Positions 28,434-37,386 of a stretch of DNA of 64,000 bases are shown piece by piece. The notes below the pieces were generated by a model. It saw nothing but the letters and a program-made list of their open reading frames with translations, was not told the DNA's origin and searched no databases. The DNA lies in assembly GCA_016936215.1 (NCBI GenBank), contig JAFGPL010000007.1, positions 12,448 to 76,447 on the forward strand, written 5' to 3'. The first letter of the stretch is position 1; every line of letters starts with the position of its first letter. The translations under genes and the position numbers were made by a program. This DNA comes from Bacteroidales bacterium. GTDB lineage: Bacteria > Bacteroidota > Bacteroidia > Bacteroidales > UBA10428.

Positions 28434-31400
28434 ATGAAAAACAGAACAATTACAAATTTTGCAGGCGCATTCATTATCCTGATGTTTGCATTTGCCGGTT
28501 TCTCCAATCTTCACGCACAGATTGTAGAAAAACTGATTATTTATGAAAATTTCGGGGGCAGCGTAGCAGGCTCGTCTGTATCGGGTATTCAACCAGATAC
28601 ATGGCCAGCTGTTCATGCCGATTCGGGGTACCACAGCGGCTGGTATAAATCCTCTCAAAACCTTGACAACAAGGGAAATAACGTAGATGTTCCACAGTTT
28701 TATGGCAATGGCTTTTTCCATATTGACAGTGTTCAGAAGTATCGCACCGGCGGACTAAGCGGCCTCGATATTACAGTAGATGATTTTGATAAGACCTGGA
28801 CCAGAAATGTTCCGTTTCGCAATGGATACAAAATGCCACTCACAAGTTCAACATCGCTGGGTATCCGTTTATTCGGCGTGGCAGCATTGCCAGAACTTTC
28901 TTCGTGGATTTCATATGCGCCATATACGCCGGTTTATCTTCAAAACCAGACAGATGAATCCGGTTATTTGTACCTTGGCAAAAATGTAGGCACCCAAAGG
29001 CCTGTTATTACAATCCCTGCCTCTGATTTCGAATATCTTGAGAATATAAGCAGAATGGAATTATTGATCTCGGGTTCAAGGCTTGGACATAACAACACCA
29101 TTTCTGTAAGAACAGAAGAACTTGATTCGGAAGGGGTTACAATTGGCGGCGACACATTAACTTTTTCAGCTTCTATTGAGCCCCGTCTGATCTCAGTACC
29201 AATTAATAAAGAATATGTAAGAATTTATATCCAGTCGTGGGGATCTTCAAACAGCAACACTACAACAGATTTTGCCCTATTGGACGGTAATACAAAGGTA
29301 GATACAAGAACACCCTTTAACTGGAATGCAATATATTGTGTGAAACCCACCGACGGTACAATAAATGCAGGGCAAACCAGTAACCCCGGGGTTTCTGTTC
29401 ACATGATTAAGATTTATGCCAAATCTGCCGGTACGGGTTATACCATTACTACCAATAATTCCTTGGTAACTGGTACAACAACAGGCATCGCTTACGGACA
29501 AACTGTTCAGTTGACTGCACAGGCCACCAGCGGGGTAGAAAAGTTCATGGGATGGAAGATTTCAGGGAAACCAGACCTTTCAGAAGTGGTAAACCCGCTC
29601 AATATAACTGTTACTTCAGACATGACCATCATGCCGGTTTATTCAGGTGATATGGTAGAAGTACCTGTTGTAAATGAAAACTTCACGAACTGGGTACAAC
29701 AGGGTACCACTGTTGAATTGGAAAACAACAGGCTTAACTTTTCCAACAATCCTGCCGATCCTGGTGCCGTATTATGGACTGGTACTGTGAAAGTACCTTT
29801 TCGGTATGGTTTTACTGCATGGGGCAAAGACTCGGTAAATATTATGCTTAATAAATGCAATGTCATTCCGCAATACGGTCCCAGGGTTTACAATATTCCC
29901 GGCAGTGAAAATTACTCCGGTTATGTTGCTTTTATGGGGCCTAACCTTGATAAGGGATATGTTGCAGTAGACAGCCTCACCGGTATTACCAAAACCGAAG
30001 TGGATGTTTCTTCATACGATCTTCCTTCGCCAGACAGGGCTTGTGCCATTAAGGTAAATGGTTCAATAGTAAGAAACAAAACTTTACGGACGCTCTATCC
30101 CGAGCAGGTTATTATTGACCATAACCCGGCCTCGGTAACAAAACTTCAGATAGGCCCCGGCAACCAGGCAAGATGTGAATATCTTGTCCCTGCATCTCCG
30201 CTGGCAAGCATTGATACCGGATCGAGCCAGGTTTCGGCGGCAGCGGTGGCTTTACATAACCTTAAGATTTATGCTGCTGTCACCATGCCCGAATTGAACT
30301 ACTATAAATTAACCATGCCTGCTGTAAGTGGAGGAAAGATCAGCGGGTATTATCCCGCCCCGGGCAACTCGACAAATCATTATATTGAGGGCACTAAGGT
30401 TACTTTAACAGCATTGCCCCAACAGGGATATGGTTTTGATGGCTGGGTAGACGGCAGCAATAATCCTATCGGACTGGATAATCCTATTACCATAACGATG
30501 GATGCAGACAAGACCATTAAACCGGTATTCGATCAGAAACCATCTTATATTAAGCTAATTGCCAGTTCAAAGGGGACAGTTACCACAAGCATTGAGCCGA
30601 TGGAGGTAAGGGGCGATACGATGGTATTCCTTGCAGGTGTACCCGTAACCCTTACAGCAACCCCCGTGTACGGGTACAAATTTACCCGCTGGATTAAGAA
30701 TTCTGCTGAAGCGCTTGTCAATCCTCTTACTTTGACTACCCTTGACATGGGTAAACTGGTTACCAATGTAATAGAAGTGGTTTTCGATTCCATTACCACC
30801 AGGGAAACCCTTTCCATAGCCAATGAGGCAGAAAAGGGTGAAATTACCTTCAATCATACACCTGAAGATGTTGTTACTGTAGGGGATACCACAAAATATA
30901 AATTCCCTTCGGGTGAAACCATTGAGGTATCAGCATCACCGCTATACGGTTACGGTTTTTCAATCTGGAAACCCGGTCTTGATGTCGTTGATGCAGATAC
31001 CGCGAACAATCCTGTTTCGGTTATTATGACAGGTAACAAAATCATTTCACCTGTCTGGGAACCTTTACCCAGGAAACTTTTGGTTATTGAAACCGTATTT
31101 AATGGCAGTGTCACCATAAGCGATGTACACAAAGACGGTGAGCTTGAACAACAAGGCCTGTGGCCTGAAAACTACTATGTGGAGCTTACCCTTGTTCCTG
31201 CCGATGGATATATGTTTTCGGCAATGAATGCAGGTGTTAGCTACATCCCTGGTGAAGGCAACTCGGTTAAAGTCAGAATGGATCAGGACACTGTAAAGAT
31301 TGCCCCGATATTTACCGTATTTCAGCCAATTACCCTTATCACCGAGAATTTCCAGGATGCTTCCAAATGGATTGAACCTGAAGGAAATGTCAGTAATGTG

Positions 31401-32474
31401 GTTGGCGCACGGCAGTTTCTTAACCTTGGTGAGTTATGGAATCCGACAACATATAACAACAACCTCGAAGGTTTACTGCAGATACTTTCTTATTACCGGG
31501 TTTGGGGTTCTGAAAGCAATGATAACAGCGATGGTCCCAACGGTACAAAGTTGCCTTATACAACCCTTCTGCTCAATTACCAGGCCCAGCCGTTAACTGC
31601 CAAAGTTAAGGTGGGGAGTACCCCCGATTCCATTAAACTCACTGCCGTGAGGTATTCAACATGTAACAACTGTCTGATAGGAAAAGCAGTGAAGGAGTCG
31701 AATATTACCAATTATTATCTTGGCCATGTAACCCCGGGTATGCTTGCTTTGAAGAAACCAAATGTGGTATCGAGGTCAGCAGTGGATTATCCCGCATTTA
31801 TGCCCGGTGATTCAATCGGAATGTTATTGGTGGAAGGACTGGCTTATGTTGAAAAACTTGAAATAGGTTATGTTTCTTCAAGTGCCCAGTTTTGTCCTGG
31901 TGTATTCTATACAACAGAACCTTTAGAGATCATTGATAACAATGGGCTTTTTGCCGCATCGTTCGGAGAGTTACCATCTCTTGGACAATTAAGCGGTAAA
32001 GAAATATCAGCCCGGCCTGACCAGGGCAATTATGGATGGGGATGCTCGCAGGAAGGAATGATCATGGACCAGAATATGACCATTGCTGAAGAAGGGGTAC
32101 AAGAAACCAGAATTCTAATTACTGCAGGTTATAAACCCGCAGGGGATGTATATGCATACAGTGATATCTATATCCACGACCTTCGTATTTGGGGTTCGCC
32201 CATTCATACCACCGGTGTAAATGACATGATTGTGAATGGCTCGGCAGATGCTAAGTTTTATATGCTGGGAACTACCAATATGTTGAAAATAGATGTGGAT
32301 GAACCTGTCAAGACGCTTGTAGTTTACAATATGGATGGCAAAGCAGTAAAGGTTGTAAGAGAGATATACGACAACCTTGTAAACCTTTCCGGCCTTAAGT
32401 CAGGTGTTTATGCTGTTCACTCTTATGGGGTAAGCGGAAAAATGTATACAGGTTCTTTTGGTAAAGCCAACTAA
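28434..32474 (+). CDS. very large secreted protein with five tandem InlB-B-repeat-like modules and a T9SS C-terminal domain
   Basis: 1346 aa with a signal peptide. The roughly 75-80 aa modules end in motifs such as GYGFDGWVDG...ITMDADKTIKPVF, YKFTRWIK...VIEVVF and GYGFSIWKPG...GNKIISPVW. The tail is VVYNMDGKAVKVV...GVYAVHSYG. Confidence 0.75.
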   Translation: MKNRTITNFAGAFIILMFAFAGFSNLHAQIVEKLIIYENFGGSVAGSSVSGIQPDTWPAVHADSGYHSGWYKSSQNLDNKGNNVDVPQFYGNGFFHIDSVQKYRTGGLSGLDITVDDFDKTWTRNVPFRNGYKMPLTSSTSLGIRLFGVAALPELSSWISYAPYTPVYLQNQTDESGYLYLGKNVGTQRPVITIPASDFEYLENISRMELLISGSRLGHNNTISVRTEELDSEGVTIGGDTLTFSASIEPRLISVPINKEYVRIYIQSWGSSNSNTTTDFALLDGNTKVDTRTPFNWNAIYCVKPTDGTINAGQTSNPGVSVHMIKIYAKSAGTGYTITTNNSLVTGTTTGIAYGQTVQLTAQATSGVEKFMGWKISGKPDLSEVVNPLNITVTSDMTIMPVYSGDMVEVPVVNENFTNWVQQGTTVELENNRLNFSNNPADPGAVLWTGTVKVPFRYGFTAWGKDSVNIMLNKCNVIPQYGPRVYNIPGSENYSGYVAFMGPNLDKGYVAVDSLTGITKTEVDVSSYDLPSPDRACAIKVNGSIVRNKTLRTLYPEQVIIDHNPASVTKLQIGPGNQARCEYLVPASPLASIDTGSSQVSAAAVALHNLKIYAAVTMPELNYYKLTMPAVSGGKISGYYPAPGNSTNHYIEGTKVTLTALPQQGYGFDGWVDGSNNPIGLDNPITITMDADKTIKPVFDQKPSYIKLIASSKGTVTTSIEPMEVRGDTMVFLAGVPVTLTATPVYGYKFTRWIKNSAEALVNPLTLTTLDMGKLVTNVIEVVFDSITTRETLSIANEAEKGEITFNHTPEDVVTVGDTTKYKFPSGETIEVSASPLYGYGFSIWKPGLDVVDADTANNPVSVIMTGNKIISPVWEPLPRKLLVIETVFNGSVTISDVHKDGELEQQGLWPENYYVELTLVPADGYMFSAMNAGVSYIPGEGNSVKVRMDQDTVKIAPIFTVFQPITLITENFQDASKWIEPEGNVSNVVGARQFLNLGELWNPTTYNNNLEGLLQILSYYRVWGSESNDNSDGPNGTKLPYTTLLLNYQAQPLTAKVKVGSTPDSIKLTAVRYSTCNNCLIGKAVKESNITNYYLGHVTPGMLALKKPNVVSRSAVDYPAFMPGDSIGMLLVEGLAYVEKLEIGYVSSSAQFCPGVFYTTEPLEIIDNNGLFAASFGELPSLGQLSGKEISARPDQGNYGWGCSQEGMIMDQNMTIAEEGVQETRILITAGYKPAGDVYAYSDIYIHDLRIWGSPIHTTGVNDMIVNGSADAKFYMLGTTNMLKIDVDEPVKTLVVYNMDGKAVKVVREIYDNLVNLSGLKSGVYAVHSYGVSGKMYTGSFGKAN

Positions 32475-32496
32475 TGATTTAACAAGAATAGATAAT

Positions 32497-32915
32497 AATG
32501 CACCGCTAAGACGCCAAGACGCGAAGATGAAATGGTAACTTCCTTTTTCGCGTCTTTGCGACTTAGCGGTAAAATTAAGAATGATGAAACAATAATGCAC
32601 TACCAGAACGCAAAGATAAAAATAGTGTCATGTCAATTGTCATACTGAACAAAGTGAAGAACATATTTCACGACCTAAGGGAGTAACTTTTCTCACGACT
32701 GAAAGGAGTAATCTTTATTCTTGAAATACAGATGTTTCGCTATCGCTCAACATGACAAAAGATGCTTGACTTGACACTAGGACTTTCTTTTTCGCGTCTT
32801 TGCGACTTAGCGGTTAAAATTAAACTGATGAAAGAATAATGCACCGCTTAGACACCAGGACGCAAAGATGAAATGGGAACTTCCTATATCGCGTCTTTGC
32901 GGCTTAGCGGTTAAT
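32497..32915. repeat. three tandem ~100-bp hairpin units; the middle unit is interrupted by a nested element
   Basis: Unit: ATAATGCACCGCTAAGACGCCAAGACGCGAAG...TTCGCGTCTTTGCGACTTAGCGGT, with inverted arms. Copies lie at about 32497-32580, 32592-32622 plus 32780-32835, and 32836-32915. Confidence 0.8.
32623..32779. mobile_element. MITE-like element nested in the loop of the middle hairpin unit
   Basis: Terminal inverted repeats TAGTGTCATGTCAA / TTGACTTGACACTA match at 13 of 14 positions. Internal boxes TTGTCATACTGAAC and TTCGCTATCGCTCAACATGACAAA are shared with the elements at 1789, 2793 and 63659. Confidence 0.65.
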
Positions 32916-33000
32916 ATTATCCTGATGAATAGTTTAGTATTAAGAGATTGATCTTAGATTTTAATATAATTGTGAAAGCAAAATCCATATAAACAATTCT

Positions 33001-34488
33001 GTGCTATTAGTATATAAATATTCCATAAATTTCATAACAGGATTATTCCTGTTTACATTGATAACTCCGGTTTTTGGCCAGACAAAAGTGTTCGATAAGG
33101 TTATTGCAGCCGATGGCACCGGTGATTATCCATCCATTGCTTATGCCATTAGCATGTACAGCAACAGCCGAAAAGTATTTTTTATTAAAAATGGTATTTA
33201 CAGAGAAAAAATTCTTATCAGTTCGCAAAAAACAAACATCCGGCTGATTGGCGAAAGCAGGGATGGCGTGATTATTACTTACGATGATTATGCGGGTAAG
33301 TCTGCATCAAGCACGTCTACTGCCGAATCTTATACTTTCAGGGTAGAAGGGGATGGGTTTTATGCCGAAAACATTACTTTTCAAAATACCGCCACCCAGG
33401 CGCAGGCAGTGGCTGTCTATACCCGTGCTGATACCGTTGCCTTTAAAAATTGTCGTTTTCTGGGTTACCAGGATACCCATTTTGCCGATAAGGGCAGGCA
33501 ATATTTTCTGAATTGCGAAACCCGGGGTGATGTGGATTTTATTTTCGGTGATGGCGCTGTTTTCTACGACCAATCTGTTATTGTTTCACGCAGCAGAAAA
33601 GCCGGTTACATAACAGCACCTGCAGATGCAAAAGTAACCAGCCCAAAAACCGGAGGAGGTACCAATTATCATGGAATCCTTATACATAACTGCGATGTGA
33701 TAGCAGAAACCGGTCTGGCAGATAACTCCTGTTATCTTGGCAGACCTTGGAATACCTATGCGGCATCGGCATTTATAAACTGCAGGATTGGTAACCATAT
33801 CAAACCGGAAGGATGGTCTGTCTGGACAACCGATCCAACGGGCGATGGGTATAATAACCACCTGACGGCGTTTTTTGCAGAATATAAGAGTATGAAGCCC
33901 GATGGGGGACTTGTTGATATTTCAAACCGTGTATCATGGAGCAAACAACTTGGTGATACAGATACTGCTCTTTACTCCATACCAGATTATTTTTTGGGGT
34001 GGGACCCCACCATTAAAACAACAGCCCTTTCTTCACCTCAGAATCTCAAAATTATTAATGATTCACTGGTGTGGGATGAGATAAGCAGTTGCAGGGGTTA
34101 TGTGATTCTTTGTAATGACAGTGTAATCGGTTTTTCAAAGTCTTCGTCCTTCTATATTGGACAGCAGGCTTCAGGAATTTTCACGGTTAAATCGGTTAAT
34201 CCTTTTGGTGCTTTAAGCAGCGCTTCGCAACAATTATTGCCCACAGGTACAAATAACAATCCTGAAATCAGCCCCGATATTATTGTATATGTAAACCAGG
34301 GGATGTTGTTGCTTCCTGAAAATTGCAATGCTGAAATCTTCAACATTACTGGAACGAAAATCAGGTCATCTGTTAATCAGTGCGCAATATCCCTGAATGA
34401 TTTGAAAGAAGGGGTCTATATTGTAAAAATATTGCCTGATCAAATAGGTACATGTATGGTTCGAAAAATTTTGTATACAAAAAACTAA
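33001..34488 (+). CDS. pectinesterase (carbohydrate esterase family 8) with a T9SS C-terminal domain
   Basis: CE8 motifs AQAVAVY, GYQDT, DFIFG and LGRPW. The tail is GVYIVKILPDQ...KILYTKN. The start is GTG, with no in-frame ATG upstream of the signal peptide. Confidence 0.85.
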   Translation: MLLVYKYSINFITGLFLFTLITPVFGQTKVFDKVIAADGTGDYPSIAYAISMYSNSRKVFFIKNGIYREKILISSQKTNIRLIGESRDGVIITYDDYAGKSASSTSTAESYTFRVEGDGFYAENITFQNTATQAQAVAVYTRADTVAFKNCRFLGYQDTHFADKGRQYFLNCETRGDVDFIFGDGAVFYDQSVIVSRSRKAGYITAPADAKVTSPKTGGGTNYHGILIHNCDVIAETGLADNSCYLGRPWNTYAASAFINCRIGNHIKPEGWSVWTTDPTGDGYNNHLTAFFAEYKSMKPDGGLVDISNRVSWSKQLGDTDTALYSIPDYFLGWDPTIKTTALSSPQNLKIINDSLVWDEISSCRGYVILCNDSVIGFSKSSSFYIGQQASGIFTVKSVNPFGALSSASQQLLPTGTNNNPEISPDIIVYVNQGMLLLPENCNAEIFNITGTKIRSSVNQCAISLNDLKEGVYIVKILPDQIGTCMVRKILYTKN

Positions 34489-34491
34489 ATA

Positions 34492-36231
34492 ATGAACAAT
34501 AAAAAAATCATCCTTGTTATAGCAGCTTTTTTCATTGGATTGCTGCAGCCTTTTGCACAAACAACACCTGCATTTCCAGGTGCCGAAGGATATGGTAAAT
34601 ATGTTACCGGAGGGCGCGGTGGCCGGGTGATATATGTAAAACATATTCTTGACAATACCGATAAATTTGGCTACGGCTATAGCGGCTCGCTGCGTGCTGC
34701 CCTTGAAACATCGGGCAGTGACCCGATTACCATCGTGTTCAAATGTGGGGGTATCATTCAACTTAAAGGTGCCCTGAACTGTACCCGTAGCAATATAACC
34801 ATCGCCGGTCAGACAGCCCTTGGGGACGGAATCTGTGTAACCGGCTACGGTATAAATTTCAGCGGACAGAACATAATTGTCCGCCATATGAGGTTTCGTG
34901 TGGGAGACCGTATTAACCAGAACAATCCATGCCTTACCTTTAGCAATGGAAAGAAGGCAATATTCGACCACTGCTCCTTTAGCTGGTCGGTTGAAGAAAA
35001 TGTAAATATTACCGATGTAGACAGCGTAACCTTGCAGTGGTGTATCAATACAGAATCGCTTTACTATTCGACACATGCCAAAGGGAGCAGGGCTTATGCT
35101 GCCCAGTGGGGTGGGGAGCATGCAAGCTATCATCATAACCTGCTGGCCCATCACAACAGCCGTATGCCCCGGCAAAACGGCAACACCTCAAACGATTACC
35201 AGCTTATCTGGGACTACAGGAACAATGTGCATTACAACTGGGGAAATTCTGAGGCATTTTACGGGGGAGGGATTGAACAGTTGGGAGGATTTTGCCACTC
35301 AAACCTCATCAATAATTATTTTAAACCAGGCCCGGCAACCACTTCGAGCAAAAGTAGCCAGTATTATTGTGCCCCCTCTGGCGGAAGGCCTGCAGTGGTC
35401 GGGGAAGGTAACGAATACCTCTATGGATATGGATTATGGTATCTTTTTGGTAACGTGATGCACGATAATCTTGAAAAGACCGAGAATAACTGGCTTGGAT
35501 TATCAGGAAGCAGCAATCATTATGCTTCAGATTCGTTTGCCGTTGCCCCGGTTTCAACAACTTCGGCACAAACAGCATTTGAACAGGTACTTGCCCTGGC
35601 AGGCGCTACCAAACCCAAACGTGATACTTTCGACAGGCGGATTGTAGAGGAAGTTCTGGCAGGAAATGCTCACCTGGGCGGAATACTGGGAGCTACATCC
35701 GGTATTATAGACAGTCATACCGAATATATGCCTGTTCCTTCTACCGATCCCGCAACAATACTTGAATGGGAAAAAACACTTTACACAGAGGTAAAATATA
35801 CCTCACCCCTGGTACCTGTTGATACCGATACCGACGGTATACCAGACTGGTGGGAGTCGGCAAACGGATTGCAACCTACCGATACCAGCGATGGTAAACA
35901 GTTAGCCTTAAACGGAAGCGGATATACCAACCTCGAAACGTACCTTAACTCTGAGGATGTCGGGCGTCTTGGACCTACCGCTTTATACGGTAAAAAGACT
36001 TCACCAGCCCTGGAAGTCTATCCTAATCCGGTGCATACCTCAATTTATTTTACCTCCTTGCTTATTCCAGCAAAGGTTGAAATCTTTAATTCAATGGGAA
36101 TAAGTGTTTTAAAACAGGAAATTACCCTTCAATCCGATATTAATGTCTCAAAGCTTGTTGCCGGAAGGTATATCATAAAAGTAACATTTATCAATGGTGA
36201 TTATGCTATCAGAAGTCTCTTAAAAATATAA
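34492..36231 (+). CDS. pectate lyase (PL1-like) with a Ca-binding-type linker and a T9SS C-terminal domain
   Basis: AFPGAEGYGKYVTGGRGGRVIYV, ITIAGQTALGDGICV and VRHMRFRVGD motifs. Also DTDTDGIPDWWE...GSGYTNLETYLN and the tail EVYPNPVHTSIYF...GRYIIKV. Confidence 0.85.
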   Translation: MNNKKIILVIAAFFIGLLQPFAQTTPAFPGAEGYGKYVTGGRGGRVIYVKHILDNTDKFGYGYSGSLRAALETSGSDPITIVFKCGGIIQLKGALNCTRSNITIAGQTALGDGICVTGYGINFSGQNIIVRHMRFRVGDRINQNNPCLTFSNGKKAIFDHCSFSWSVEENVNITDVDSVTLQWCINTESLYYSTHAKGSRAYAAQWGGEHASYHHNLLAHHNSRMPRQNGNTSNDYQLIWDYRNNVHYNWGNSEAFYGGGIEQLGGFCHSNLINNYFKPGPATTSSKSSQYYCAPSGGRPAVVGEGNEYLYGYGLWYLFGNVMHDNLEKTENNWLGLSGSSNHYASDSFAVAPVSTTSAQTAFEQVLALAGATKPKRDTFDRRIVEEVLAGNAHLGGILGATSGIIDSHTEYMPVPSTDPATILEWEKTLYTEVKYTSPLVPVDTDTDGIPDWWESANGLQPTDTSDGKQLALNGSGYTNLETYLNSEDVGRLGPTALYGKKTSPALEVYPNPVHTSIYFTSLLIPAKVEIFNSMGISVLKQEITLQSDINVSKLVAGRYIIKVTFINGDYAIRSLLKI

Positions 36232-36249
36232 ACCATAAAGTAATAAACT

Positions 36250-37164
36250 ATGAAAAGAAAATCATTATTCAGTTTTTTTGCTGCTTTAATAGTAGCAGCA
36301 TTCGTTTCTTCATTGTATGCACAGGATACTCTGATCTTTGATCCTTCACTTCTTACTCCTTCTGACACAGGTTATTATGTAAAAGGGTATGATAAAACAG
36401 AAGGTACCCCCCCTGTGGTTGTACATTATGATTCATGTTCAAATGAATTCCAGGAGAGCCATCATTTTGAAGCCGATACACTTGAGGGTTTTTATTTTCA
36501 GAATGGGATGGTTATGCCCACCTGCCCTTCAAAAAACACCCCCTCCAATGTGTCACTGGGGTACATGCAACTTGGTAAAAGCATGGACCTCGGGACTGCC
36601 ACAGAAAAATTATGTGCACTTACTTTTCCACCAGTTCAAAATTTAATCAGCATCTATCTCGAGGTTTCGCCTGATAATTCGCCTATTCCGGCACCCGATC
36701 CCAATGAACGTCATATTTATTTCTATGTTGAATATTCCAAAGACAATGGCGACTCCTGGCAGGTAAATAAAATACACGATGAAACCCTTGATAAAGCCGG
36801 AGATAAGCATACTTACGATGCGGCAGGTTCATTTACTGTTTTTAACGAAATGAAAACAGCATCAGAGACCGGGCCAATTGTTATAAGGGTATTTACCGAT
36901 CCACAACCTGGCCTCAATCCTCAAAGATTGAGAATACATAAGGCCATGGTTATTGCCGATAAGGTTTCTTCATTAACTGATTATATTACCGATAATGAAT
37001 TTATAACCGTGTTAAATGGTGTCATTATTTCTAAAACCGGTACAGTAAAAGTTTATAATATACATGGGCAGCTCATTGGTTCCGGTGATAAGGTGAGTGT
37101 AAAGAACGGCATATATATTGTTGCATCAGAAGACGGAAGAACGCAAAAAGTAATGGTTCACTAA
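36250..37164 (+). CDS. hypothetical secreted protein with a probable T9SS C-terminal domain
   Basis: Signal peptide and C-terminus VKVYNIHGQLIG...GIYIVASEDGRTQKVMVH. No catalytic family was recognised. Confidence 0.5.
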   Translation: MKRKSLFSFFAALIVAAFVSSLYAQDTLIFDPSLLTPSDTGYYVKGYDKTEGTPPVVVHYDSCSNEFQESHHFEADTLEGFYFQNGMVMPTCPSKNTPSNVSLGYMQLGKSMDLGTATEKLCALTFPPVQNLISIYLEVSPDNSPIPAPDPNERHIYFYVEYSKDNGDSWQVNKIHDETLDKAGDKHTYDAAGSFTVFNEMKTASETGPIVIRVFTDPQPGLNPQRLRIHKAMVIADKVSSLTDYITDNEFITVLNGVIISKTGTVKVYNIHGQLIGSGDKVSVKNGIYIVASEDGRTQKVMVH

Positions 37165-37187
37165 ATATTTTTAGCTCTTTGAAAAGT

Positions 37188-37343
37188 CATTCCCCTTCCC
37201 CCTTTTTAAAGGGGGATACAGGGGGATTTCCCTTCCCCCTTTTGCAAAGGGGGATACAGAGGGATTTCTCTTCCCCCTTTTCTAAAGGGGGCGCAGGGGG
37301 ATTTTCCTTCCCCTTTTCTAAAGGGGGCGCAGGGGGATTTTCC
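37188..37343. repeat. four tandem ~38-bp hairpin-forming repeats (CCTTCCCCCTTTTnnAAAGGGGGnnnCAGGGGGATTT)
   Basis: Read directly in the 222-nt spacer before the next pectate lyase gene. Each unit contains TCCCCCTTT...AAAGGGGGA inverted segments. Confidence 0.85.
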
Positions 37344-37386
37344 AGATAGATTGAAATTTACTTTTTAACCAGATAAATATTTTTAG

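Noticed and set aside
34366-35175. 269-aa minus-strand ORF
   Set aside because: It is entirely antisense to the well-supported pectate lyase gene, has no recognisable motif, and its composition is typical of a shadow ORF.
37188-37343. Possible CRISPR array (also considered for 59429-59550 and 32497-32915)
   Set aside because: The repeats are contiguous or separated by near-identical sequence rather than unique 25-40 nt spacers. Only 3-4 copies exist, the units are themselves hairpins, and no cas genes are in the window.
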